Assembly (NCBI GenBank): GCA_964452155.1
Contig: CAYVLC010000001.1
Location: 1-46,018, forward strand
From: an uncultured Dysgonomonadaceae bacterium
GTDB taxonomy: Bacteria; Bacteroidota; Bacteroidia; Bacteroidales; Dysgonomonadaceae
Direction of reading: 5' to 3'
Length of the DNA stretch: 46,018 nucleotides
The notes under the pieces were generated by a model. It had not been told where the DNA came from. It searched no databases and saw only the letters and a list, made by a program, of their open reading frames with translations. Every line of letters starts with the position of its first letter. The first letter of the stretch is position 1. The translations under genes were made by a program, and so were the position numbers. This document shows positions 27,070-36,441 of this stretch, piece by piece.

Positions 27070-29925
27070 CTACTTTTGTCCCTCGTTTTGATTCTCTAGG
27101 TTTAAATCGTAGCCCCAATCTTTTCCTTTATCTGTTGCCGGCAAACCATTTGTTAGCCATACTGGCGCAGGTGCTCCTTTTAGGTAATGATCGAAGAATT
27201 GTTGCATACGTATGGAGAGGTCTTTTCTGTTGCGTCGTTCTACTAGGTTGTGGGCCTCGTTGTTATACTGTAGCATCCACACGGGTTTTTCGATTCGTCG
27301 CAATGCCATAAATAGCTCAATACCCTGATACCATGGCACCGCTCCATCATTGTCGTTGTGCATAATTAGTAGTGGAGTAGTTACATTTTCTACGAAAAAG
27401 AGAGGCGAGTTGTCTATATAAGTTTGCAATGATTCGCTAAGGGTAGTTCCCAGTCGCGATTGTCCTCTTTCGTATTGGCTCTGACGGCTACGGCCCGATT
27501 CCCACCGAATGCCACCATAAGCACTGGTCATGTTTGATACGGGGGCTCCTGCTCCTGCCGCTTTAAACATATCTGTTTGTGTAACTAGGTATGCTACTTG
27601 ATAGCCTCCCCAGCTTTGTCCTTGTATGGCCATGTTGTCTTTGTCCACCCAGTTGTTCTTGGCTAGTGCTTCGGCACCCGAGACAATAGCGTTGTAGGCA
27701 TCTTGTCCTGGTTGGCCAACAGTGTAATTAATATCGGGTGTAAACACAATATAATCTCTGCTACTATATAACGGTATGTTTATAGTAGATGCACTGGGTG
27801 CAGGCGACATATATCTGTAGAGATTGTCGGAATGTTTTTCGTAGAAATAAATCATCAAAGGGTACTTCTTTGTTTCATCAAAACCTTCTGGTTTGTAAAC
27901 AATACCTTGTAAGGGTTGTCCATCAATCGATGTCCAGCTGTACAATTCTGGTGTTCCCCATTTGTAGTTGTTCATTTGTGGGTTGATGTCTGTAAGTTTT
28001 TCAGAGGTTTTCCACCAATTGCTTGTTACATACAAATTGGGCGAGGTGTTGAAATTGCTTTTTTGAAAAGCCACTACATCGCTATTTTTAGATTTTGTGA
28101 TGGTTTGGTAGGTGTATTTATCTAGCACTTGTTGTTTAATGGGGCTTTTCTTCTGTTTTGGATTGTAGGTATAGAACCCATTCTCTTTTGTCTTGTTGTC
28201 GAAAGCTTCCAGTAGGAGGGTTTCGGTAGGCTCCACAAATCGTTTCTCTCTGTCGGTATTGAAGTAGCGAAATGTAATTGAATCGTTGCGGCCTATGTGC
28301 TGAGTCAAATTAGTAGCTTTAGTTTTATTTTGTGGGTCAATCTGCCAAATATCATACGCATCATACACGAGCATATATGCATCGTCTTTTCCCCACACAG
28401 CCAATCCGTATGGTCCGGGTTCGCTTGGCACATCGTTTTTCTCATTCCAAAAGTTCACAGGGATATCCTGGGTTATGTTTTCTGTTGTTGCTGTTTTATT
28501 GTTGTACACAAACCAATGGCCCTTATCTATATCAAACCAGCTAACGTAGTTGCCCTGTGCTGAAAGAGTGGGGCGACTTGAAATAGAAGTGCCAACCGTA
28601 GTAGTTTTGCCCGTTTCCAGGTCATGTATCCATGCATCGTATTTGCTGCGGCCCCATTGGCTTTGTAGTCGGTAGGGAATATCGGTGTAGAGCAAGGCAT
28701 ACTGTCCGTTGTTTTCATCAGATATACTAGCGAAGGGAATATCCTCATTGCCAAGCAAAGTGAATTTGTTGTTTTTGTCTAACTCTATCACTCCAGTGTA
28801 GGTTCTTTTTAACTCATCTGCTAGATACTTCAATTGTTGCGGTTGCAAGAAAGGGTCTTTCCAATGCCAAATGTCTAACGAGGCTACCTCGAAGTCCACA
28901 ATAGTGGTGTCTTTGGTTGCTTGCCTAGGTGCACTACCAATGATAATTCTCTTTCCGTTTTCGCTAAAATAGGGGCTGCTGTTTTCATTAAATATCCAAT
29001 TGTAGGGGAGCTCCACTGTGCTTGTGTCGGCAAGTACGATTGCCGTATCGGCCTTGTTGGAGAAATAGCGCACATCAAATACTTTCTGCTCAATCTTCGA
29101 GGTGTCTTGTGTGGAAAGATATACTAGTTGATCTCCAGCATCATCAAATCGCAATGATTTGTATTCTGCTTTCTCGTTAGAGATACGCTTTATAGCATAG
29201 TTGTTTAAATCAATAAATAGTACTCCGGGGGTTTCAGTAGTATCTTTCTTTTCGGGTTCTATAATGGCAGCAAAGGCATTGCCATATTTATTAAAGATGT
29301 AATCTTTTGTATTTTGCAGCGTGTCTTGTAGTTGCGTAGTAAGATTGTGTAGCACAATTACTTCTTTTCTCTTCTCGTTGCTCTTCTTTTTTGGCTTGCT
29401 CTCAATTGAGTCTATTGCAATGCCGACAGTGTCGGCTATAGCAATTGTAGTGTCAGGTGCGAGAGTAGTGGCATAAGCTACATAGTTGCCCATCTCTTGC
29501 GATGTTTTATATGATTGCACATCGGGCAAAATGTAGTAAGCAAAACTTTCATTGTCAATAATCAACAATGAGTCTTTTGGCATATCGTCTTTTTCCTTTT
29601 TGTCAATCTTGGCTTGGCGTGTGTCTGCAAAAGAAGCCTTCAGGAGAGCTACTGTGTGTTTGCCATTGGGAGACAGGGTGTAGCTTGAAATACGATTGTA
29701 GTGGAAGTTTTTCTTCTTTTTTAAATCCTGAATAAACAATTGGTTATCGCCCTCTTGAGGATTAATTATGGCAACTGTAAATCGTCCATTGTCGCTCACA
29801 GAAATGTTTGAAAGGCTTTTCCAGTCATCGTAAACTGTGTGGTCTAATTGTTTCTTTTGAGAGAAAGAAACTTGAATGAAAAACAAGCTCATGAGAGCTG
29901 TTGCAATTGTCTTTTTGTAATTCAT
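27070..29925 (-). CDS. S9-family (prolyl oligopeptidase/DPP-like) serine peptidase with N-terminal beta-propeller
   Basis: ORF trimmed to the ATG at 29925 (MNYKKTIATALMSLFFIQVSFSQ signal). It has the nucleophile elbow GQSWGGY, and downstream Asp (HNDNDGAVP) and His (NNEAHNL) catalytic regions. Confidence 0.88.
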   Translation of the reverse strand: MNYKKTIATALMSLFFIQVSFSQKKQLDHTVYDDWKSLSNISVSDNGRFTVAIINPQEGDNQLFIQDLKKKKNFHYNRISSYTLSPNGKHTVALLKASFADTRQAKIDKKEKDDMPKDSLLIIDNESFAYYILPDVQSYKTSQEMGNYVAYATTLAPDTTIAIADTVGIAIDSIESKPKKKSNEKRKEVIVLHNLTTQLQDTLQNTKDYIFNKYGNAFAAIIEPEKKDTTETPGVLFIDLNNYAIKRISNEKAEYKSLRFDDAGDQLVYLSTQDTSKIEQKVFDVRYFSNKADTAIVLADTSTVELPYNWIFNENSSPYFSENGKRIIIGSAPRQATKDTTIVDFEVASLDIWHWKDPFLQPQQLKYLADELKRTYTGVIELDKNNKFTLLGNEDIPFASISDENNGQYALLYTDIPYRLQSQWGRSKYDAWIHDLETGKTTTVGTSISSRPTLSAQGNYVSWFDIDKGHWFVYNNKTATTENITQDIPVNFWNEKNDVPSEPGPYGLAVWGKDDAYMLVYDAYDIWQIDPQNKTKATNLTQHIGRNDSITFRYFNTDREKRFVEPTETLLLEAFDNKTKENGFYTYNPKQKKSPIKQQVLDKYTYQTITKSKNSDVVAFQKSNFNTSPNLYVTSNWWKTSEKLTDINPQMNNYKWGTPELYSWTSIDGQPLQGIVYKPEGFDETKKYPLMIYFYEKHSDNLYRYMSPAPSASTINIPLYSSRDYIVFTPDINYTVGQPGQDAYNAIVSGAEALAKNNWVDKDNMAIQGQSWGGYQVAYLVTQTDMFKAAGAGAPVSNMTSAYGGIRWESGRSRQSQYERGQSRLGTTLSESLQTYIDNSPLFFVENVTTPLLIMHNDNDGAVPWYQGIELFMALRRIEKPVWMLQYNNEAHNLVERRNRKDLSIRMQQFFDHYLKGAPAPVWLTNGLPATDKGKDWGYDLNLENQNEGQK

Positions 29926-30025
29926 TTGTAATGTAATAGTGTTATTATATTTAAACAAAGCGAAAGTACAATAAAAAAACACCTTTTACAAATAAAGCGT
30001 CTATTGGGTATCTATATTTTTAAAC

Positions 30026-30033
30026 TAACTTTG
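30026..30033 (+). promoter_or_regulatory. -7 box TAACTTTG upstream of copA
   Basis: Exact TAnnTTTG match ending 23 nt before the ATG at 30057. Confidence 0.5.
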
Positions 30034-30056
30034 TAGTAAACTTAATTACAACAATT

Positions 30057-32477
30057 ATGAATAAAGACACCATATATATACTACAATTGAGGCAACCACC
30101 AGTCTCGCATACCAAATTGCTTGCATCGTTGAAGGCGATTGATGGGCTTGCCGATGCTCGCTTTAATGAAGACAATAGTGAGTTGCTACTTACCATAGAA
30201 GATGAGGACGATGTAGCCGAGGTCATTCAAGAGGTTGCTAATCAATTGCGCCAGGCAGGTGGCAAGATTAAATCGGTGAAACAATCATTCCCTGTTATGA
30301 ATATGACTTGTGCTGCCTGTGCATCGAGTTCTAAGAATGTGTTGTCTTTTGTACCAGGTGTTTTGGATGTGACAGTAAACTTTGCCAATGGTAAAGCTAT
30401 GATAGAATATATCCCTGGGTTATCTAACCCATCAGATATGAAGTCTGCACTAAAAGAGGTAGGTTTTGATCTATTGATAGAAGAGAAGGAGTCATCACGC
30501 GAAAACTTGGAACAACTGCAACAAGAACGCTACAAAAAACTAAAGCGAGACACTTTTAGTGCTTTAACATTGGCTACTCCTTTAATTCTTATTGGCATGG
30601 TGTTTATGAATATGCCTTATGCCGACTATATAATGTGGGCTTTGGCCACACCCATACTGTTTATCTTTGGGCGCCGTTTCTTTGTGGGTGCATGGAAGCA
30701 AGCAAAGCACTTTTCGGCCAATATGGACACATTGGTTGCACTTAGCACGGGTATTGCTTATATTTTTAGTGTGTTCAATCTTTTTTTTGAGGAGTTTTGG
30801 ACAAGTAGGGGGTTAGAGGCGCATGTATATTTCGAGGCATCGGGTGTAATTATTGCCTTTATTTTGCTAGGTAAAATGTTGGAAGAACGTGCCAAGGGCA
30901 ATACCTCATCGGCCATCAAAAAATTGATGGGGCTGCAACCCGATACGGTAATTGTGTTTAAGGACGATGTTCCCACCGAAGTTTCTATTTCGGAAGTACA
31001 AGTAGATGATATTATTTTGGTAAAACCAGGAGATAGAATAGCTGTGGATGGTGTGGTAACAAATGGGTCGTCGTTTATAGACGAAAGTATGATTAGTGGA
31101 GAGCCCATTGCAGTAGAAAAGACTCTGGATTCAGAGGTGTTTGCTGGGACCATCAATCAAAAAGGAAGTTTCAGATTCAGAGCTAGTAAAGTGGGGAGCG
31201 ATACATTGTTGGCGCACATCATCAAAACTGTAGAACAGGCCCAAGGTAGTAAAGCACCTGTACAAAACTTGGTGGACAAGATTGCGGGTATATTTGTACC
31301 CGTTGTTATGGGTATAGCACTATTGAGCTTTGCTCTATGGATGATATTGGGTGGCGACGATAGTCTGGTACATGCCCTGTTGGCAATGGTTACAGTATTA
31401 GTAATTGCTTGTCCGTGTGCTTTAGGGCTGGCAACTCCCACAGCTATTATGGTGGGAATTGGCAAAGGTGCCGAAGAGGGTATTTTGATTAAAGATGCGT
31501 TGAGTTTAGAACTGAGTAGAAAAATTGACATAGTAGTGCTCGATAAAACTGGCACACTCACCGAGGGACGCCCTGTTGTGAGCAATATTGTGTGGAGCAA
31601 AAGTATAACCGATTTGCAAAAGAATATTTTGTATAGTATAGAGGCACAATCCGAACATCCGCTGGCCGATGCCATTACTGCCAATATGCAGCAGAGTAGC
31701 CAGTTGCTAAGTGGTGTTGTGGTGCAGCAAGTGAGTGGTAAGGGTATTGATGGTTTCTACAATGGCGAAGACTATTTTGTGGGCAATCCGCAATACATTC
31801 GTTCCAAGAACATCGATATACCAGAAATAATGGAGCAATCCATTAGTAAAGAGTTGGAGGCTGCACATACTGTAACTGTGTTTGCTAATAAAGATAGCGT
31901 GTTTGGAGTAATCTCCATTACCGATAAATTGAAACCAACAACAAAAGAGGCTATCAATCAGTTGAAGAAGATGCACATAGATACTGCCATCTTTACGGGC
32001 GATAACGAAATGGTTGCTAAAGCACTTGCCGAAGAGTTGGGCATTACCAACTATAAAGGCAATGTGTTGCCCGACGAGAAAGCTCGCTTGGTGAAAGAGC
32101 TGCAACAGCAAGGCAAAGTTGTGGCAATGGTGGGCGATGGCATCAATGATAGTGGTGCCCTTGCACAAGCCGATGTGAGTATTGCTATGGGCAAAGGGAG
32201 CGATATTGCTATGGAAGTAGCCAAAATGACTATTATCTCATCAGACTTGTTGAAGATTTCAAAAGCTATTCGCTTGTCTGCAAGAACAGTGAGAACAATC
32301 AGACAAAACCTGTTTTGGGCATTTATCTACAATGTTATAGGCATACCCATTGCAGCAGGTATTTTGTATCCAATCAATGGGTTTTTGTTGAGCCCTATGA
32401 TTGCTGGAGCGGCCATGGCACTTAGCTCGGTGAGTGTGGTGAGTAATAGTCTGAGATTGAGATCGAGAAAGTTATAA
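30057..32477 (+). CDS. copA: Copper-translocating P1B-type ATPase
   Basis: 806 aa. It has an HMA domain with MTCAACASS, a CPC transmembrane motif (ACPCALGLATP), DKTGTLT and GDGINDSGAL. Confidence 0.92.
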   Translation: MNKDTIYILQLRQPPVSHTKLLASLKAIDGLADARFNEDNSELLLTIEDEDDVAEVIQEVANQLRQAGGKIKSVKQSFPVMNMTCAACASSSKNVLSFVPGVLDVTVNFANGKAMIEYIPGLSNPSDMKSALKEVGFDLLIEEKESSRENLEQLQQERYKKLKRDTFSALTLATPLILIGMVFMNMPYADYIMWALATPILFIFGRRFFVGAWKQAKHFSANMDTLVALSTGIAYIFSVFNLFFEEFWTSRGLEAHVYFEASGVIIAFILLGKMLEERAKGNTSSAIKKLMGLQPDTVIVFKDDVPTEVSISEVQVDDIILVKPGDRIAVDGVVTNGSSFIDESMISGEPIAVEKTLDSEVFAGTINQKGSFRFRASKVGSDTLLAHIIKTVEQAQGSKAPVQNLVDKIAGIFVPVVMGIALLSFALWMILGGDDSLVHALLAMVTVLVIACPCALGLATPTAIMVGIGKGAEEGILIKDALSLELSRKIDIVVLDKTGTLTEGRPVVSNIVWSKSITDLQKNILYSIEAQSEHPLADAITANMQQSSQLLSGVVVQQVSGKGIDGFYNGEDYFVGNPQYIRSKNIDIPEIMEQSISKELEAAHTVTVFANKDSVFGVISITDKLKPTTKEAINQLKKMHIDTAIFTGDNEMVAKALAEELGITNYKGNVLPDEKARLVKELQQQGKVVAMVGDGINDSGALAQADVSIAMGKGSDIAMEVAKMTIISSDLLKISKAIRLSARTVRTIRQNLFWAFIYNVIGIPIAAGILYPINGFLLSPMIAGAAMALSSVSVVSNSLRLRSRKL

Positions 32478-32510
32478 TACAAAACCATTTAAATATAAAT
32501 TGCAAATGAT

Positions 32511-32720
32511 ATGAAAACATTAAAATTCAAAACCAACATAGAGTGCTCTAATTGCGAAGCACGCGTGAAACCATTTTTAGACAAAAAAGAGGGAATCATT
32601 TCTTGGCAAGTAGATACTGACCATGCAGACAAAATCCTGACAGTAGAAACCGAGAACCTTGAAGCAAAAGATGTGATTAAAACAATTAAGCGAACCGGTT
32701 TTGTGGCAGAGGAGATATAA
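32511..32720 (+). CDS. Small heavy-metal-associated (HMA) domain protein, CopZ-like
   Basis: 69 aa with a CxxC motif (ECSNCEARV) and a ferredoxin-like HMA pattern. It begins 33 nt after the copA stop. Confidence 0.8.
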   Translation: MKTLKFKTNIECSNCEARVKPFLDKKEGIISWQVDTDHADKILTVETENLEAKDVIKTIKRTGFVAEEI

Positions 32721-32784
32721 ATAAAAATAGATTGAAGTGCAAAAAGTGTTTGGTTGAATGTTGCTACAACTAAATTATAAAATG

Positions 32785-32792
32785 TACATTTG
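32785..32792 (+). promoter_or_regulatory. -7 box TACATTTG upstream of the EamA transporter gene
   Basis: Exact TAnnTTTG match ending 54 nt before the ATG at 32847. Confidence 0.5.
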
Positions 32793-32846
32793 CAGCATTG
32801 TTTATCAACCATGTAGTTTTCAATCAACCAATCGACACATTATTGT

Positions 32847-33731
32847 ATGTTTTTTCAATCTCATATTGGCGAAATAGCCTCATTGGCTGTGGCAGTTTGC
32901 TGGACCTTAAGCGCACTTTATTTCGAGAAGGCAGGTCATAAAGTTGGTTCGCTTTCTGTGAACCTTATTCGTATATTTCTAGCTGTAATATTTCTTGGGG
33001 TCACCTTGGTGCTTACAGGGAGTTCGTTTTTTCCTACCGATGCCACTTCTGAGAATTGGTTTTGGTTGGGTTTGTCGGGTGTGGTAGGCTTTTTTATTGG
33101 CGACTTGCTTCTTTTTCAATCGTATGTGGTTATTGGTTCGCGCACCTCTCAATTGGTCATGAGTCTTGCCCCCATGCTCACAGCAGTAATCGGTTGGTTC
33201 TTTTTGAGCGAGATACTATCGCTACAAAGCATTATTGGCATTTTGGTGAGCGTGACGGGCGTTATGATTGCTATTGCAGGCAAAAGGTTGAAACTCAATA
33301 TTCCTCTCAAAGGCTTCCTGTTTGCATTGGGAGGTGCTCTTGGGCAAGCCCTTGGGCTAATACTGAGCAAAAAAGGGATAGGCGACTACGATCCGCTTGC
33401 TGCCACACAGATTAGGGCAATTTTTGGTTTTGGCAGTTTTCTTATTCTAATGATTTATCTCAAACGTATGGGACGAGTTGTATTAGCCCTGAAAGATTTT
33501 AAAAGCATGAAAGCTATTACTATCGGAACCATCTTTGGTCCGTTTATTGGGGTTACACTATCTCTTTTTGCCATTCAACGTACACACACCGGAGTAGCCT
33601 CTGCACTTATGGCTTTGGCACCTATCATTATTATTGTGCCATCGGCCATCATGTTCAAAGAGAAAATTACTGCACAGCAAGTTATTGGTGCATTTATAAG
33701 TATGGGGGGAGCTGCTATTTTCTTTATTTAA
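32847..33731 (+). CDS. EamA/DMT-family transporter
   Basis: 294 aa with about 10 hydrophobic segments arranged as two EamA-like halves. Confidence 0.85.
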   Translation: MFFQSHIGEIASLAVAVCWTLSALYFEKAGHKVGSLSVNLIRIFLAVIFLGVTLVLTGSSFFPTDATSENWFWLGLSGVVGFFIGDLLLFQSYVVIGSRTSQLVMSLAPMLTAVIGWFFLSEILSLQSIIGILVSVTGVMIAIAGKRLKLNIPLKGFLFALGGALGQALGLILSKKGIGDYDPLAATQIRAIFGFGSFLILMIYLKRMGRVVLALKDFKSMKAITIGTIFGPFIGVTLSLFAIQRTHTGVASALMALAPIIIIVPSAIMFKEKITAQQVIGAFISMGGAAIFFI

Positions 33732-33910
33732 TACGTTTTCTTGTACGTGCGATTTTGAAACCAGTATCTGTTGTTGTAGGCAAAAAAAGAAATTTGTTTG
33801 ATAACACACACACACAAACAAACACTTTACAATATCTTGCGAGTAGGCACACGCTTTGTTATAGATGCTAGTGAACATGCTTTTTCGCTTTTATATGCTC
33901 ATATTCTCAC

Positions 33911-33941
33911 AAAAAAATGTCTGAAAATATAATATTCAGAC
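33911..33941 (-). terminator. Rho-independent terminator after the oxidoreductase gene
   Basis: On the minus strand, GTCTGAA/TTCAGAC forms a 7-bp stem followed by T7. It lies 53 nt past the stop at 33995. Confidence 0.65.
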
Positions 33942-33994
33942 ACTTACTATATTGGTTCACCACTAGGAGTTATTTCTTGCTAATGATGTGTTTT

Positions 33995-35056
33995 CTATTG
34001 TGGAATATCAATAGTTCTTCTTTCCCTATCGCTCTGTATGGCAAGTTCTATAATTTTCATCACATTGGCTCCTTCTTCAGCAGTTACTGCTATTTCAGTT
34101 TTGCCCCAGATGGCATCTCTAAGATTGATGTAATAGTCGCGATAGTCTCCTTTTTCACTTTTTATTACGCTACATATCTCAATGCCTTTGCACTCAGTTT
34201 TCAAAGTTCCCCAAATCGATTCGGGTTCCATTCCCCAATCGGGGGTATTAGGAATTTCGCCTTTGCCAAGATTTTCCTCTTGCACGTCGAGTCCGTATTT
34301 TACAAACGAACCCTTGGTACCATGAATTTGGTAGGTAGCACCTGGTATTTTGGCCATAGTTGCAGATTTTAGTGTAGCAGTGTAAGTGGGGTAATGTAGC
34401 TTCACATCAAATGAATCATCGGCTTTTGCCCATGGCCTCATTGCTTGTATATGAGCAGTTACTGCTTGTGGCATACCAAAGAAATAAAGCGATTGATCTA
34501 TTAGATGCGAACCAAGGTCGTAGAAAATACCCGAACCTGGCAGGGGCTCTTCTCGCCAAGCTCCCACTTTGGGCTCTGGACGAAAACGGTCGAAGTGTGT
34601 TTCATAATCCAGCACATCTCCTAGTACTCCGCATGCCAATATCTTCTTCACTGTTTTGGTGTCGCTCGTAAATCGGCGATTGTGGTAAACAGTTAGTATT
34701 TTCTTTTTTTGTTTTGCCAATTGTACCAATTCTTCGGCTTCTGCCAAGGTTACTGTAAAAGGTTTTTCTACAACTACGTGCTTATTGGCCATTAAAGCAG
34801 CTTTGGCCCAATGAAAATGAACGGTGTTGGGAGATGTAACAATTACCAAGTCAATGCTATCGTCGTTGATGATACTTTGCCCGTCGGGCACTATTGTTGT
34901 GCTTGGGTATCTTGTTTGCACAATGCTGATATTGTTGGGGTTGGCTGTGCTTATTTTTGAAAGCTCAAAACCATCAACCACATCTACAAATGGTGCATGA
35001 AACACCCTACCAGACAATCCAAAACCAATGATACCTGCGCGAATATTTTTTTCCAT
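33995..35056 (-). CDS. Gfo/Idh/MocA-family NAD(P)-dependent oxidoreductase (cytoplasmic)
   Basis: 353 aa with a Rossmann motif (GIIGFGLSGRVFHAP) and an EKP motif (VVVEKPFT). No signal peptide. Confidence 0.88.
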   Translation of the reverse strand: MEKNIRAGIIGFGLSGRVFHAPFVDVVDGFELSKISTANPNNISIVQTRYPSTTIVPDGQSIINDDSIDLVIVTSPNTVHFHWAKAALMANKHVVVEKPFTVTLAEAEELVQLAKQKKKILTVYHNRRFTSDTKTVKKILACGVLGDVLDYETHFDRFRPEPKVGAWREEPLPGSGIFYDLGSHLIDQSLYFFGMPQAVTAHIQAMRPWAKADDSFDVKLHYPTYTATLKSATMAKIPGATYQIHGTKGSFVKYGLDVQEENLGKGEIPNTPDWGMEPESIWGTLKTECKGIEICSVIKSEKGDYRDYYINLRDAIWGKTEIAVTAEEGANVMKIIELAIQSDRERRTIDIPQ

Positions 35057-35079
35057 GAAATGAATCTGTTTAAGTTAAG

Positions 35080-35670
35080 TTATTTTTCTTCTTCTTTTTG
35101 TTGCAGCAAAAAGGCAACTAGCTTTTGCGTTGCTATTGCTCTGTGGCTTAATGTGTTTTTTATCTCTTGGGGTAGTTCTCCAAATGTTTTGTCGTAGCCC
35201 ACGGGTCTAAAGATAGGGTCGTAGCCAAAACCATTGGTACCCTCTTTCTGAGGGACAATCTCTCCACTTATTATTCCCTCAAAGTAGTGCTCTTTTCCGT
35301 TTAGTATAAGAGCGATAACTGTTCTAAATTGAGCACTTCTGTTCTCTTTCTCTTGCAAATCTTGCAGAAGTTTTTGCATGTTATCTTCAGAGTCGCCATT
35401 GGGTCCTGCATACCTCGATGAGTAAATACCGGGAGCACCACTCAATGCCTCCACTTCTAGCCCTGTGTCGTCGGCAAAGCAATCTATGCCATACTTATCT
35501 TTCACAAATTGTGCTTTAATAAGGGCATTCTCTTTTAGGGTGTTGCCTGTTTCGGGTATCTCATCGTGGCAGTTTATGTCTGATAGACTTAAAATGTGTA
35601 ACTGCCCTTTGCTTATTTTTTTTATTTCGTCGAGCTTATGTTCATTGTTTGTTGCAAAAACTATTCTCAT
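35080..35670 (-). CDS. rdgB: Non-canonical purine NTP pyrophosphatase (RdgB/HAM1 family)
   Basis: 196 aa with [20 protein letters not shown] and GFGYDPIF motifs. Confidence 0.9.
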   Translation of the reverse strand: MRIVFATNNEHKLDEIKKISKGQLHILSLSDINCHDEIPETGNTLKENALIKAQFVKDKYGIDCFADDTGLEVEALSGAPGIYSSRYAGPNGDSEDNMQKLLQDLQEKENRSAQFRTVIALILNGKEHYFEGIISGEIVPQKEGTNGFGYDPIFRPVGYDKTFGELPQEIKNTLSHRAIATQKLVAFLLQQKEEEK

Positions 35671-35695
35671 TATCTTCTTTTGCTATTCTTGTTTC

Positions 35696-36388
35696 CTATT
35701 GGGTTATTTTAGTGATAGGTGTTAGCTTTATTTTTCGGAACTCAACCTCCGATCCTTCGGCCTGAAGTGCAATCTTACCTTTCTGTGCTGTGCAGTCATA
35801 GCCATGGTTTACCAAGGTACTGTTTACCCACACCTTCACTTCGTCGGCCAAACACTCTATCACCATATTGTTCCACTCACCTAAAGGTTTTTCTGTTCCA
35901 TCGGTAAGGTTCTTTATTCTTCGTTCTTTTCCTTCTATTATTCCCCAATCTTCTTTTGGACCTCTGCGCTCTTCCATATTGGGCACAGTTATATCTTCTA
36001 CTATGCACCAGAAATCGCCTGCATTTAGGTGTTCCATTTGTACTTCAAGCGATTTTGGAAACATATCATACAAGGCGCGTGGTGTGGAGGCATGTACCAG
36101 CACACCGCAATTGCCAGGTGTGCCAGCAAACCGATACTCTACTTCCAAACGGTAGTTTTCATACTCTTTATCGGTAATAAGGTGGCCTCTTGGTTCTCCA
36201 AGGCTCACCAGCATGCCTTCACGTACAATAAATGGATTAATGGCATCGGCATTGTTGTCCATCTCTGGAACGTCTGCATACCAACCAGTAAAGTCGGTGC
36301 CGTTAAATAAACTTTCAGCTTTTGGTTGTTTTTCAGTACATCCCCAAAGAAGGAGAAGGGTTGTTATAATGATCAAATTTGTTTTCAT
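35696..36388 (-). CDS. DUF1080 (3-keto-disaccharide hydrolase family) lipoprotein, paralog 1
   Basis: 230 aa with a lipoprotein signal (LLLWGC), LFNGTDFTGW and GKIALQAEGSEVEFRKIKL strings. It is colinear with the adjacent paralog. Confidence 0.85.
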   Translation of the reverse strand: MKTNLIIITTLLLLWGCTEKQPKAESLFNGTDFTGWYADVPEMDNNADAINPFIVREGMLVSLGEPRGHLITDKEYENYRLEVEYRFAGTPGNCGVLVHASTPRALYDMFPKSLEVQMEHLNAGDFWCIVEDITVPNMEERRGPKEDWGIIEGKERRIKNLTDGTEKPLGEWNNMVIECLADEVKVWVNSTLVNHGYDCTAQKGKIALQAEGSEVEFRKIKLTPITKITQ

Positions 36389-36441
36389 TTTGCTTCTATA
36401 GTTTATTATTGAGGAACTCTTGTTGTACTTTCAGGTTGGTT

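Noticed and set aside
27014-27118. Long N-terminal extension of the DUF4091 ORF overlapping the S9 peptidase gene. Similar extensions exist at 29926..29982 and 37132..37197.
   Set aside because: Internal ATGs give canonical signal or lipoprotein peptides and remove the overlaps. The extensions have no signal-peptide character, and one starts at a TTG.
30758-32168. Three long antisense ORFs (132, 175 and 153 aa) inside copA
   Set aside because: They lie antisense to a strongly supported P-type ATPase gene, have low-complexity Ser/Thr/Ile-rich translations and carry no recognisable motifs. This is a typical shadow-ORF artefact.
33804-33826. (AC)6 plus AAC-rich microsatellite
   Set aside because: It lies in the 3' intergenic region between convergent genes. 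It is short and has no regulatory context.
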